DNA of 47,820 nucleotides from Candidatus Aenigmarchaeota archaeon LH_S6 (GTDB lineage: Archaea > Aenigmatarchaeota > Aenigmatarchaeia > QMZS01): positions 1-47,820 of the forward strand of contig JAGXOK010000003.1 of the NCBI GenBank assembly GCA_023659935.1, read 5' to 3'. The position numbers were made by a program, and so were the translations under genes. Below are positions 37,171-45,909 of this stretch, one piece after another. How positions within the stretch are numbered: the first letter of the stretch is position 1; every line of letters starts with the position of its first letter. The notes beneath the pieces were generated by a model that worked only from the letters and a program-made list of their open reading frames with translations, had not been told where the DNA came from and made no database searches.

Positions 37171-37653
37171 ATGCTGCTGGAGAATAAGTTCATAACATTT
37201 GGTCCTGGAAAGTTTGATTCGACAAGAAAAAAGGTTGTGAGGGAATTTATAAAGGAAGGAGATTGTATCTATATAACAGTAAATAAACCAAAAGATATTT
37301 TGGTCAAAGAATTTAGGAATAAAGTTGATGTTAAAAAGATTTTTTTCATGGATTTAGTTTCTAAAACAAATCTATTTTCTGAAACCTCTACCTGTATCTT
37401 TTTGCCTTTCCCAGAAGATTTGCTTGGTCTGGCAATTAAGGTAATGAAAAAAGTTGAAGATAAGAAATTTAAAACAATTATCTTAGATTCTTTTTCAACT
37501 CTTCTATTGTATAATGGTGTTGATAAAACAATAAAATTTATCCATTATCTGGTAAATAAATTAAATGTCCGCAACATTCCTCTCATTGTTATTTCTTTAG
37601 AAATTAACAGAGAAATTAAATCTCAACTATTCCAATTTTTTAAATATGTTTAA
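37171..37653 (+). CDS. Inactive KaiC/RecA-like (DUF835-like) protein
   Basis: CIYITVNKP, IFFMDLVSK, IILDSFSTLLLYN..KFIHYL; no Walker A. Start moved to ATG 37171 to avoid a divergent overlap. Confidence 0.75.
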   Translation: MLLENKFITFGPGKFDSTRKKVVREFIKEGDCIYITVNKPKDILVKEFRNKVDVKKIFFMDLVSKTNLFSETSTCIFLPFPEDLLGLAIKVMKKVEDKKFKTIILDSFSTLLLYNGVDKTIKFIHYLVNKLNVRNIPLIVISLEINREIKSQLFQFFKYV

Positions 37654-38344
37654 AAAAGTATTCACGGGGATAAAAGGGTTTGATTCAATTGTTGGAGGGG
37701 GTTTCCCTATAAGTAGTATGGTTTTAGTTACTGGCCCAGCAGGAGTTGGAAAAACTACTTTTGGCATACAATTTCTTGTCAAAGGAGCTGAACTTGGGGA
37801 GCCTGGGCTTTATATATCAATGGAGGAAGATGTTGAGAAATTACATATTTTTGAATATTTATTTGGTTTTAATATCAGTAAGTTTGAAAATGAAAAAAAA
37901 ATAAAAATTGTTAGATTTGAATTAATGGAGTGGAAAGAATTATATTCAATAAATAGACTGGAAAAAATGATTGATAAATTGATAAATAAGATAAATGCTA
38001 AGAGAGTTGTTTTAGATTCTAGTTCTATCTTAGGGTATTATCTAAAAAATGAATTTAATTTAAGAAGGTTTCTTTTTAGTCTATCAAAAAAATTTGAAAA
38101 GCATGGGATAACTTCAATTATTATCTCTGATATTCCATATAATTCAAACAAACTTTCTACATTTGGTGTTGAAGAATTTGTTTCAGATGGAATAATTTTG
38201 CTTTCTTATAGCAAGATAAAAACTTATTTCAACAGACGTTTAGAAGTAAAAAAGCTAAGGTTTACAGATTTTTCTAATTTTAAGGTCCCATTTCAAATTG
38301 GTAGGGAAGGTATAGAAGTTTTTCCAACTCAAGAGATTTTTTAA
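37646..38344 (+). CDS. KaiC/RAD55-family single-domain ATPase (intact motifs)
   Basis: FTGIKGFD, GPAGVGKT, SMEE, RVVLDS, STFGVEEFVSDG, KKLRFT. Confidence 0.93.
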   Translation: MFKKVFTGIKGFDSIVGGGFPISSMVLVTGPAGVGKTTFGIQFLVKGAELGEPGLYISMEEDVEKLHIFEYLFGFNISKFENEKKIKIVRFELMEWKELYSINRLEKMIDKLINKINAKRVVLDSSSILGYYLKNEFNLRRFLFSLSKKFEKHGITSIIISDIPYNSNKLSTFGVEEFVSDGIILLSYSKIKTYFNRRLEVKKLRFTDFSNFKVPFQIGREGIEVFPTQEIF

Positions 38345-38907
38345 ATTTCTTTTTCAAATTTTTCTGTCATTATTTTTGTTTTTTCATTCATTTCTATCAC
38401 TATATCAAAAAATCTTTTAAATTTATCTGCCAACATTTTATTAATTTCGATTACACATGCAACTCTACATTTACTTATCTCTCTCATAAAAACCGCAGAA
38501 AATCTAACTGCTAAATCTGGAGGTATATAATCGAGCAACCTGCTATAGCCTTCTATATAGCATCTTTTTATTGAATTTTCTCTTTTAATAACTTTGAGAG
38601 CATGAATCAAAATACTATTTAAATCAGAAGGATTCACAATTATAATATTATTTGTTGGTTGTGCTTTTCCTGTAACATCTATAAATATTATTTTCCCTTC
38701 CATATACCTTTTTTTAAGTTCTTCTGTTATTTTATTTGCGGGATTCCTAAAAGTTATATATAAAATAGCCCCTCTATCTTTTATTCCTTCTGCAATGAAC
38801 CGAAAAGGAAAACTCTCTACTTGTTCCATAGAGCCTGTTAATAAAACCGTATTCCCTTCCTCTATCTTAATTTCTTTATCAATTTTTTCTATTCCTGTTT
38901 TTATCAT
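38341..38907 (-). CDS. Degenerate KaiC-like protein
   Basis: MIKTGIEKID, VLLTGSMEQV (no GKT), LYITF, IIFID, FFDIVIEM. Confidence 0.75.
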   Translation of the reverse strand: MIKTGIEKIDKEIKIEEGNTVLLTGSMEQVESFPFRFIAEGIKDRGAILYITFRNPANKITEELKKRYMEGKIIFIDVTGKAQPTNNIIIVNPSDLNSILIHALKVIKRENSIKRCYIEGYSRLLDYIPPDLAVRFSAVFMREISKCRVACVIEINKMLADKFKRFFDIVIEMNEKTKIMTEKFEKEI

Positions 38908-38917
38908 AAATATATAT

Positions 38918-39637
38918 ATGGAGAAAGTAAAGACTTATATATCAGGATTGGATGAACTAATCGAAGGAGGCCTAATTCCAAATTCAACAACTCTAATTAC
39001 CGGAAAAACAGGAACGGGTAAATCAAGTTTCTGTGTTTCTTTTATCTATTTTGGAGCAATGAGTGGTGAACCTGGAATTTATGTTTTAACAGAGGAAACA
39101 GTCCAAAATATTAAAGAAGAAACCAAAAATGTTTTTGGTTTTAGGTTGGAAAAGTTAGAGGAACAAAATTTATTGAAAATCCTTGCTATTAAACCAGAAT
39201 TCCCTACCCAAGTATCAGGAATAGAAGAATCAAAGATTCTAAAAATATATGTCTATGATCTAGTAGACCAAATTTCAGAATTAGTAAAAGAAATTAATGC
39301 AAAAAGAGTGGTTTTTGATTCTACTTCAATACTTGAATTATTTGTTAAGGATAAGTATCTTGGGAGAATTGCAATTGCTTATTTAATAAATTCTCTAAAA
39401 GAAATGGGGGTTACTTCTCTTCTGGTTGGGACAATTCCAGAAAGTGGTGAAGATTTATCAACCTTAGGCATTATAGAATTTCTTGTTGATGGGATTATAA
39501 AAGTTGAGTTTGTTCCAATTGCAGAAGAGTTCAAGAGAACCTTATCAATTAGAAAGATGAGACAGATTAACCACTCAACTTTCATTCATCCTTTTGAAAT
39601 TACAGAAGAGGGAATAAAAATCCTAAAAATTACCTAA
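38918..39637 (+). CDS. KaiC/RAD55-family single-domain ATPase (intact motifs)
   Basis: Likely start MEKVKTYISGLDELIEGG; GKTGTGKS, LTEE, RVVFDS, STLGIIEFLVDG, RKMRQINH. Confidence 0.93.
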   Translation: MEKVKTYISGLDELIEGGLIPNSTTLITGKTGTGKSSFCVSFIYFGAMSGEPGIYVLTEETVQNIKEETKNVFGFRLEKLEEQNLLKILAIKPEFPTQVSGIEESKILKIYVYDLVDQISELVKEINAKRVVFDSTSILELFVKDKYLGRIAIAYLINSLKEMGVTSLLVGTIPESGEDLSTLGIIEFLVDGIIKVEFVPIAEEFKRTLSIRKMRQINHSTFIHPFEITEEGIKILKIT

Positions 39638-39650
39638 AAATTAATAAAAT

Positions 39651-39666
39651 AAAGCCTTTTATATTA
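39651..39666 (+). promoter_or_regulatory. Probable BRE/TATA box of the pilin gene (leaderless spacing)
   Basis: AAAGCC-TTTTATATT about 20-27 nt upstream of ATG 39684. Confidence 0.45.
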
Positions 39667-39683
39667 AAAAGAAATGTTATATT

Positions 39684-40115
39684 ATGGCAAAAGGACAAGT
39701 TTCGTTAGAATACTTGATGACATATGGTATAGCAATAGCGATTATAGTAATAGCAGTAGGAGCATTGTATTCAATGGGTGCTTTTACTCCAGGTAGTTCA
39801 ACAAGCAATCCACCTTGCACACCTTGCTTCAGTGATTTTGCATATAATGAACATACCTATGAGGAACCTTCTTTAAAGTTAGAAGTTAAAAATGGTCCAA
39901 GTGGGATAAATAACTTAAGTTGTACAGCATCTAGTGATTCAGCATCTGCTAATTGTAGTGTTAGTTCTGAAACAGTAAATCCAAATGCAGTATTTACTGT
40001 TAGTATACCAGGGGATGGAACAGCAGATGTAAACACAACAATAAGTTTCATAAAGGAAGGGAGTGAGTTAAATGTAACCAGAACAGAAAGTATATCAAAA
40101 GACTACTTCTCCTAA
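39684..40115 (+). CDS. Archaeal type IV pilin, candidate major pilin
   Basis: MAKG|QVSLEYLMTYGIAIAIIVIAVGAL (canonical QxSxE class III motif); apparently monocistronic, followed by a T-rich tract. Confidence 0.88.
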   Translation: MAKGQVSLEYLMTYGIAIAIIVIAVGALYSMGAFTPGSSTSNPPCTPCFSDFAYNEHTYEEPSLKLEVKNGPSGINNLSCTASSDSASANCSVSSETVNPNAVFTVSIPGDGTADVNTTISFIKEGSELNVTRTESISKDYFS

Positions 40116-40143
40116 TAATTTTATTTTTTTAAGTATTCTTCTT

Positions 40144-41358
40144 CTACTCAAAGTAATTGTTATAAGAACTATCATCTATTTTAAAATATTTGAATGAAGA
40201 ACTATTTGTAGAACTTTCGTTGAGACCTTTTGATTCTCCAAGGATTCCATTTATATATTTGTAGGCAATATTTGTGGCATTTTTATCTATGTCCAAATCG
40301 AGTCCTAAAAGATGGTTTTTGTCAACAAAGGTTTCTAAACCTACATTTCCCCCTGTGCAATAAGAGCAGTAAGTTTTTCCTTCTAATCTATCAAAAAAAC
40401 TCGGTCCTGAGGTAGAATTTATATACCAAGAATTTTCTACATGCTTAATAAAGTTTGTGATATTCCATACTTTTCCTTTTTCTCCAGAGAGCAGAATTTC
40501 TGAGTTTATATAATTAGTTAAATTTGAGATAGAAGAAACCTTTAAATAAGAGATATTAACTGAAGTTTCATTATTTTCAAAAATTGTTCCACAGAATTTA
40601 TTTACTCCTATTGTTACTGTTTTATTTACAAAAATTTTTTTCTCAGATTCATCAGCATTTATATTATCTGTTAATTCACCATAACACCATGCCTTGCCAG
40701 TACCACTAACAATAAGTTTAGTAAAATTATCTATGTATTTACTTTTCTTTATAATCCTTGAACCCCTTCCTTCTGTTATGTTTATTAAATATAGAGGGTC
40801 CTCAAAATCATTGATAGAAATTCTTTCTGAAATTTTTATTTTTCTTGAAAACCTTGCAACTCCTGTCTTTGAAATGTTTACTTCAGAACTTGAATTGAAT
40901 AAAATATGAAAAGAATCATTAATAGTTATAGAAATTTTATCCGGATCTAGCTCAATACTCACATTATATTTTCTTGGCTCACCTGTATAAAAAATCTCCA
41001 AATCACTAATTGCTTTATCCAAGGTATTATTTTTCATAAAGGGTACCTCCTCTCCTCTCAAAGTTCCATTTAATATTAATTCCTTTAAATTTTCTTCTGT
41101 TTTCCCACTCTCAAAAAAACTTTCATTTTCTATTATATAATTCAAAGAAGAAACTATTGCCCTCTTTGTTGTTACATCAGCAAGAATGTGCAAACTTCTA
41201 CTAATACTATTATAAGCATAATCCATATCCTCAAGTTGTTGTTTCATGGAAAGTTGCTCCCTCTCAAAGGAAATTGTTTCCCTCTGCAAAATTAATATTG
41301 AAAACACAATTACAACTACTAAAATTGAAATCAAAGAAAACAAAACCCCTTTTTTCAT
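40144..41358 (-). CDS. Minor pilin-like protein
   Basis: MKKG|VLFSLISILVVVIVFSILIL; FEDPLY and GPSFFDRLEG...GLETFV motifs, recalled from euryarchaeal/DPANN pilus-locus proteins. Confidence 0.75.
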   Translation of the reverse strand: MKKGVLFSLISILVVVIVFSILILQRETISFEREQLSMKQQLEDMDYAYNSISRSLHILADVTTKRAIVSSLNYIIENESFFESGKTEENLKELILNGTLRGEEVPFMKNNTLDKAISDLEIFYTGEPRKYNVSIELDPDKISITINDSFHILFNSSSEVNISKTGVARFSRKIKISERISINDFEDPLYLINITEGRGSRIIKKSKYIDNFTKLIVSGTGKAWCYGELTDNINADESEKKIFVNKTVTIGVNKFCGTIFENNETSVNISYLKVSSISNLTNYINSEILLSGEKGKVWNITNFIKHVENSWYINSTSGPSFFDRLEGKTYCSYCTGGNVGLETFVDKNHLLGLDLDIDKNATNIAYKYINGILGESKGLNESSTNSSSFKYFKIDDSSYNNYFE

Positions 41359-41870
41359 TTTTGTTTTAAATACTTTAAACTAACCAAAAATATAGCAATG
41401 ATAATTATCGCAAGAATAATTAACTCTTTATTTGCTGTTTTCCTGTAGGGTCTTATATTTTTGATAATATCATTATTTACTAAATCTGATAAATTATCTA
41501 CTACTACAAACCTATCTTCTGTTGTGTTATTGGTTTCTACTATCACCCTTACTTTGTCCTCTTCAAACTCTAAATTGTTTTCCTCTGCAAATTTTGATTT
41601 ATTTTCTGCTCTTATTAAGCCACTCAAGTTATCACCAATTCTATCACTTCCTCCACTACTTCTCTCTTCTCTATTCTTAATTGGTATAGAAAATATACCA
41701 TCTATAGTTGAGTAAGGAATTTCATTGGAATTTTCATCTAAAAATTTACTAACTTCAATTGTTAGGGAAGTGTTTTCCCCTTCATCACCTACCACTCTGA
41801 AAAAAATTTCTGCCAGCAAAAAATCTCCTGTAAAACTTTCATTTAAATCAAGGTTGATTTTAGTTTTCAT
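41355..41870 (-). CDS. N-terminally truncated cohesin-like surface protein with C-terminal TM anchor
   Basis: GDFLLAEIFFRVVGDEGENTSLTI...IPYSTIDGIFSI (second half of a cohesin-like domain), SSGGS linker, TM plus KYLKQK; no signal peptide. Confidence 0.5.
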   Translation of the reverse strand: MKTKINLDLNESFTGDFLLAEIFFRVVGDEGENTSLTIEVSKFLDENSNEIPYSTIDGIFSIPIKNREERSSGGSDRIGDNLSGLIRAENKSKFAEENNLEFEEDKVRVIVETNNTTEDRFVVVDNLSDLVNNDIIKNIRPYRKTANKELIILAIIIIAIFLVSLKYLKQK

Positions 41871-41874
41871 AATA

Positions 41875-44499
41875 TTATTTTTTTGAATAGATTAACTTAA
41901 CTAAAGTTGTGTTAGATACTGTTCTTACCCCATGAATAGTATTTGTACCTGTATTAACCCCTAAAATTGAAATTCTTTTCCCTGTTAAATTAAATATCTT
42001 CTCTTCCAGCCTATTTCTTGCATCTTCTTCTGCTTCTTCCAAAGAATTAAAAGTTGAGCCATACCCAACATATCCTAGAACTTTCAAGGAGTAAATTAAT
42101 TTACTGTCATTTGAAACAGGAATACTGTCTGTTTCATTTATTCCCAAAAATATTTGAACTTTATTTGTCCCATTAGAAATTTTTTCTCTAGGGATAGAAA
42201 TTATGAAAGGATCCCCAAGATCCCTGTAGTCTCCATATTTTGATAAGTTATAAATAGTTATATTTTCTTCACTTGAATTTGTTAAAACAACCAGATTTGT
42301 CCAGTAATCTCCTGAATAAGAAGTAACTTCCCCCTCTATAATTTCAGTTTCACTTGGTTTATAAAAAGAGCAATTTCCTGCTGAGGAAAAATTCTCTTCA
42401 AAGGTTATAGAAAATTCACCATAACCAAAATCAATTTCTGTTTCATTGTAATTAAATTCTATAGAAGAATCATTATATAATAGATTCCCTCCTATGCTAA
42501 CATTTCTCTCAACACTAACTTTCTGGGTTGTATAACTTATTGAAACAATGGACTGGGCAATATTTCTGTAAATCTCCTGTAATCCAGAAGCATTCTGGCT
42601 ACTATAATAATCCCCTTTTCCACAGTCTGCTATTGCTTGAAGTGTTTGATTTGCATTTGGACAGTTAGAAACGGGCCCAAATCCTATCGAATCGACTGTT
42701 GCATTTAGCTTGCTGTAAACTCTACACGAAGACCAGTTTGCATTTTGAATTGCACAATCACAATCGTTTCCAGTGCAGTCCTCAGAATCTCCAGCGCAAT
42801 GTAAAGCTCCCCATCCAATTGTAGTAGTTCTTGTTCCTGTACAGAGATCTTGGGTAGAAGAGCCACAGGAGTGAGTAGGAATTCCATCGGACATAACAGT
42901 AACATACTTTTTTCTCGGAGCGTTTGATTGGGAATCCAAAATTTCATATGCCTTATTTTCAGCACAACAGATGCAGGTCCCACCTTTAGTAAAATAGTTG
43001 TCTATCTCTTGTTTAAGACTGGTCTTGTTAGTGGAAAGATTATGAAAAATTACCCTACCTTTATAGGGTGGTTTCTCATCACCATAAAACCCAACTAAAC
43101 CAACTCTGTTTCCTGTGGTGTTAAGAATTATATCAACAAACTCTTTGTCCAGGCACTTGGCCAATGATATGCGCTTAGTATCATTATTATACAAATCAGA
43201 ATCGTTGCACTCGCGTTCAATGCCTTCTTCCCCACTATCCAGTCTCCAGTCCATTGAGCCAGACAAATCCGTGATTAATATGACGTCGGCATTTCCAATT
43301 TCCTGCTCTGTAAAATTTGTTGATTTCATTCCAAGCCTTAGTGGAGTTGTTGTTTTGCTTAAATTATTGTAACTCAAACCAGAACCCAATATTGAGGAAC
43401 TTATATTTGAATTGTTTAAACTAACATTTACTTCCCCTATTTCATCGCTTTCAAAAATTGTTGAATTTGCAATATTCAGATAAACAACCCCATTTGTTAC
43501 ATTATTTTTATAATGTAAATAAACACTCAAATTATTCAAATCTCCAGGAACATAAAACCCGTCATAAAGATTTATAATCCCCTCTATTTCAGGAAAATAA
43601 TATCTTTTCTTTCCTACTTCCTTTTCTTCAAAAAATTCTGTTGTATTATAATTAACTCTTAAAAAACCTCCTCCAAGATAATGCTCAGTTAAATTAACTG
43701 AATTGAAAACAAATTTTATTGTATTATTTCCTTTTTTAAAATTAGATATATTTACAGGAGATTTGATATTTGCACTAAAGTTTCCAACTGTTGGAGATAT
43801 TGAGAAATTCCCGGAGAAATTCCTATTTACAAATAAGGAAAAATTAGAACCAGAAGAAACTTCTAAATAGGATGATATCAAATTATCTGCTTTTTCTGGA
43901 ATATAGAGATTGAATGTTAAATTTCCCTGCCCAACAAAACCCCCGAAATATAAATAACTTTTTTTCTCTGCTTTAATTTCATTTAAATAGGCTCTTGCCA
44001 TATACCCATATTTTGGCTCACTTGAGCTATAAGTATTTTCAATTAAACTTGAAACAGTAATTGGACCTGAAATGTTTGTATAATTTCCAAAAACTAAATC
44101 CTCTCCGACAGATAAACTAAAATTAACTCCCTCCAAAACCTCAACAGAATTAATCATCTCTCTTGTTACATTTTCAGCAATCTGTTTTTTTACTGTATCG
44201 TTTTCGTCTTTATATTGAGCCCAGTTGCTCAAAATAAAATTGAGCACAGAAAGTTCCTTTTCATCATCCTTCAAATTTCCAATTAGATTTTTTATTGTTG
44301 TACTCTTGTTTTCAGCCTCAGAAACTTTTAATTCTGCGAGAGAATTAAGAAAATCATTTGCAACAAACTTTTGTTGCTCATAACTTCTCTCTTCATAAGT
44401 TTTAGGAATTGAGAATAAATAAAAACTTGAAATTAAAACGATTAATAAGAGAGAAATTCCAATAAAAATATCCAAAGAAAAAACAATCCCTTTATTCAT
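41875..44499 (-). CDS. Large pilin-like protein with vWA domain (candidate tip adhesin)
   Basis: MNKG|IVFSLDIFIGISLL; MIDAS ADVILITDLSGSMDW, KGGTCIC, VMSDGIPT, VDSIGFG, LQAIADCGKGDYY. Confidence 0.88.
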   Translation of the reverse strand: MNKGIVFSLDIFIGISLLLIVLISSFYLFSIPKTYEERSYEQQKFVANDFLNSLAELKVSEAENKSTTIKNLIGNLKDDEKELSVLNFILSNWAQYKDENDTVKKQIAENVTREMINSVEVLEGVNFSLSVGEDLVFGNYTNISGPITVSSLIENTYSSSEPKYGYMARAYLNEIKAEKKSYLYFGGFVGQGNLTFNLYIPEKADNLISSYLEVSSGSNFSLFVNRNFSGNFSISPTVGNFSANIKSPVNISNFKKGNNTIKFVFNSVNLTEHYLGGGFLRVNYNTTEFFEEKEVGKKRYYFPEIEGIINLYDGFYVPGDLNNLSVYLHYKNNVTNGVVYLNIANSTIFESDEIGEVNVSLNNSNISSSILGSGLSYNNLSKTTTPLRLGMKSTNFTEQEIGNADVILITDLSGSMDWRLDSGEEGIERECNDSDLYNNDTKRISLAKCLDKEFVDIILNTTGNRVGLVGFYGDEKPPYKGRVIFHNLSTNKTSLKQEIDNYFTKGGTCICCAENKAYEILDSQSNAPRKKYVTVMSDGIPTHSCGSSTQDLCTGTRTTTIGWGALHCAGDSEDCTGNDCDCAIQNANWSSCRVYSKLNATVDSIGFGPVSNCPNANQTLQAIADCGKGDYYSSQNASGLQEIYRNIAQSIVSISYTTQKVSVERNVSIGGNLLYNDSSIEFNYNETEIDFGYGEFSITFEENFSSAGNCSFYKPSETEIIEGEVTSYSGDYWTNLVVLTNSSEENITIYNLSKYGDYRDLGDPFIISIPREKISNGTNKVQIFLGINETDSIPVSNDSKLIYSLKVLGYVGYGSTFNSLEEAEEDARNRLEEKIFNLTGKRISILGVNTGTNTIHGVRTVSNTTLVKLIYSKK

Positions 44500-44974
44500 A
44501 ATTAAATAACAAAACTTGAAGTGAAACAATAGAGTTATTTAAAATTCCTACTCTATCAACCTTAACAATTGAAGAAGCATTTTCTATATTTTTTCCAAAA
44601 CTATAAAGAGCTGAATTGTCTTCAAAAATTGTTATATTATAATCATTTTTTAAACCAAGCAAAACCAAAGATTTTTGGTATCCTATTTCTTCTAGACTTT
44701 TAAGTTTGCTCCAACTGATCCTATTATTTGCTTCCAACCCAATAACTGCAACATTACTGCTATTCCAATTTTTTGGATAACCTTCATCAAAAAAAATCTC
44801 ACTTAGTTTATAGGTTTCATCAATTAGTTCATTTTTATCCCTGATTTCATTTAACTCTTTTGTATTATGACCTACTTGGGCTAATAGTATTGCAGTAATA
44901 AGAATAAATAGAGTAGTAGCTATTAAAAAATCAAAGGAGAGAGCCTGGCCTTTTAGTTTCTTACATACTTCCAT
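44492..44974 (-). CDS. Minor type IV pilin-like protein
   Basis: KLKG|QALSFDFLIATTLFILI; EGYPKNW...VIGL. Confidence 0.82.
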   Translation of the reverse strand: MEVCKKLKGQALSFDFLIATTLFILITAILLAQVGHNTKELNEIRDKNELIDETYKLSEIFFDEGYPKNWNSSNVAVIGLEANNRISWSKLKSLEEIGYQKSLVLLGLKNDYNITIFEDNSALYSFGKNIENASSIVKVDRVGILNNSIVSLQVLLFNYE

Positions 44975-45002
44975 AATTAAATTATTTCTTACAACAAAAG
45001 GA

Positions 45003-45593
45003 TTAAATAATCTTTTTGGACTTTAATAAGTAATAACAAATTCCAGCGATGATTATTAGGATAGGTATAGGTTTTTCTTTTGGTTTTTCTACTGGAGCAG
45101 AGTTACAACTTAAAGTTGTTCTGTTACAACAATATTCACAACTCTCTATTGTTGTCCAGGTATTGTCTTTGCATTCCTGTAGGTTATTATCAGAGCATTT
45201 CTTCTCTCCTTCAGTGCAGATTTTTTCTGGAATTTCTGCTTGTTTTTTATTACATTTTAGTAGAGTTGAATTGCAACCATATTCACATTCCTCTATCAAT
45301 TTCCAAGAGTTATTTATACATTGCTCTAAGTTATTATCTGAACATCTTTTTTCTCCTTCAGTGCAAATTTCTTCAATAATTTCCCCGTGTATCTTCTTTA
45401 TTGTTAAGTTTGCTGTGTATTTGCAAGTCTCTCTATTTTTATTATAAGGTTTATATTTGGACAATCCACTTAACCTATATACTTTGTTAAAATCAAAAAC
45501 CACTAATTTATTTCTATTAATTACAGATAAAATATATTGTTCGGTCTTTGAGATTCCTTTATAACTTATAATAGGTTCCTTTTGTTTTTTCAT
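45003..45593 (-). CDS. Chimeric ORF: AbiEi-antitoxin-like N-terminus fused to copied Cys repeats and a membrane tail
   Basis: YKGISKTEQYILSVINRNKLVVFDFNKVYRLSGLS, then two ICTEGEKxCSDNNLxxC..W...CEYGC repeats; ends KPIPILIIIAGICYYLLKSKKII. Confidence 0.55.
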   Translation of the reverse strand: MKKQKEPIISYKGISKTEQYILSVINRNKLVVFDFNKVYRLSGLSKYKPYNKNRETCKYTANLTIKKIHGEIIEEICTEGEKRCSDNNLEQCINNSWKLIEECEYGCNSTLLKCNKKQAEIPEKICTEGEKKCSDNNLQECKDNTWTTIESCEYCCNRTTLSCNSAPVEKPKEKPIPILIIIAGICYYLLKSKKII

Positions 45594-45909
45594 AATATAT
45601 TAATAAAGATTATAAAGGAGTTTTCTATTTTTTATCAATTATTTCTTTTCCTTCCTAGTTTTTCTTTTCTTGCCCTTTATAAGACTAACCAAAACTCCAG
45701 CTAATATTCCAATCACTAGAAGAGCTAATAGAGGAATTAAGTAATTTGGCTTTTCTACCTCAGGCTCTGGATTGCAGCTTAAGGTTGTTCTGTTACAACC
45801 ATATTCACAACTATCTATCGTTGTCCAGGTATTGTCTTTGCATTCCTGTAGATTATTATCAGAGCATTTCTTCTCTCCTTCAGTGCAGATTTTTTCTGGA
45901 ATTTCTGCT
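45106..45909. repeat. Near-identical about 135-bp block shared by adjacent genes (45106-45240 ~ 45776-45909)
   Basis: TTGTCCAGGTATTGTCTTTGCATTCCTGTAG..TTATTATCAGAGCATTTCTTCTCTCCTTCAGTGCAGATTTTTTCTGGAATTTCTGCT occurs in both. Confidence 0.9.

Noticed and set aside
33821..39637. Circadian clock (kaiABC)
   Set aside because: All proteins are single-domain RAD55/KaiC-like, with no KaiA, KaiB or double-domain KaiC.
37015..44529. ORF-track starts at 37015, 38795 and 44529 (also 35092, 6669, 17907 and 46610)
   Set aside because: They cause overlaps or truncate an open frame. Family N-termini and start context favour 37171, 38918, 44499, 35071, 6654, 17913 and a start beyond the window.
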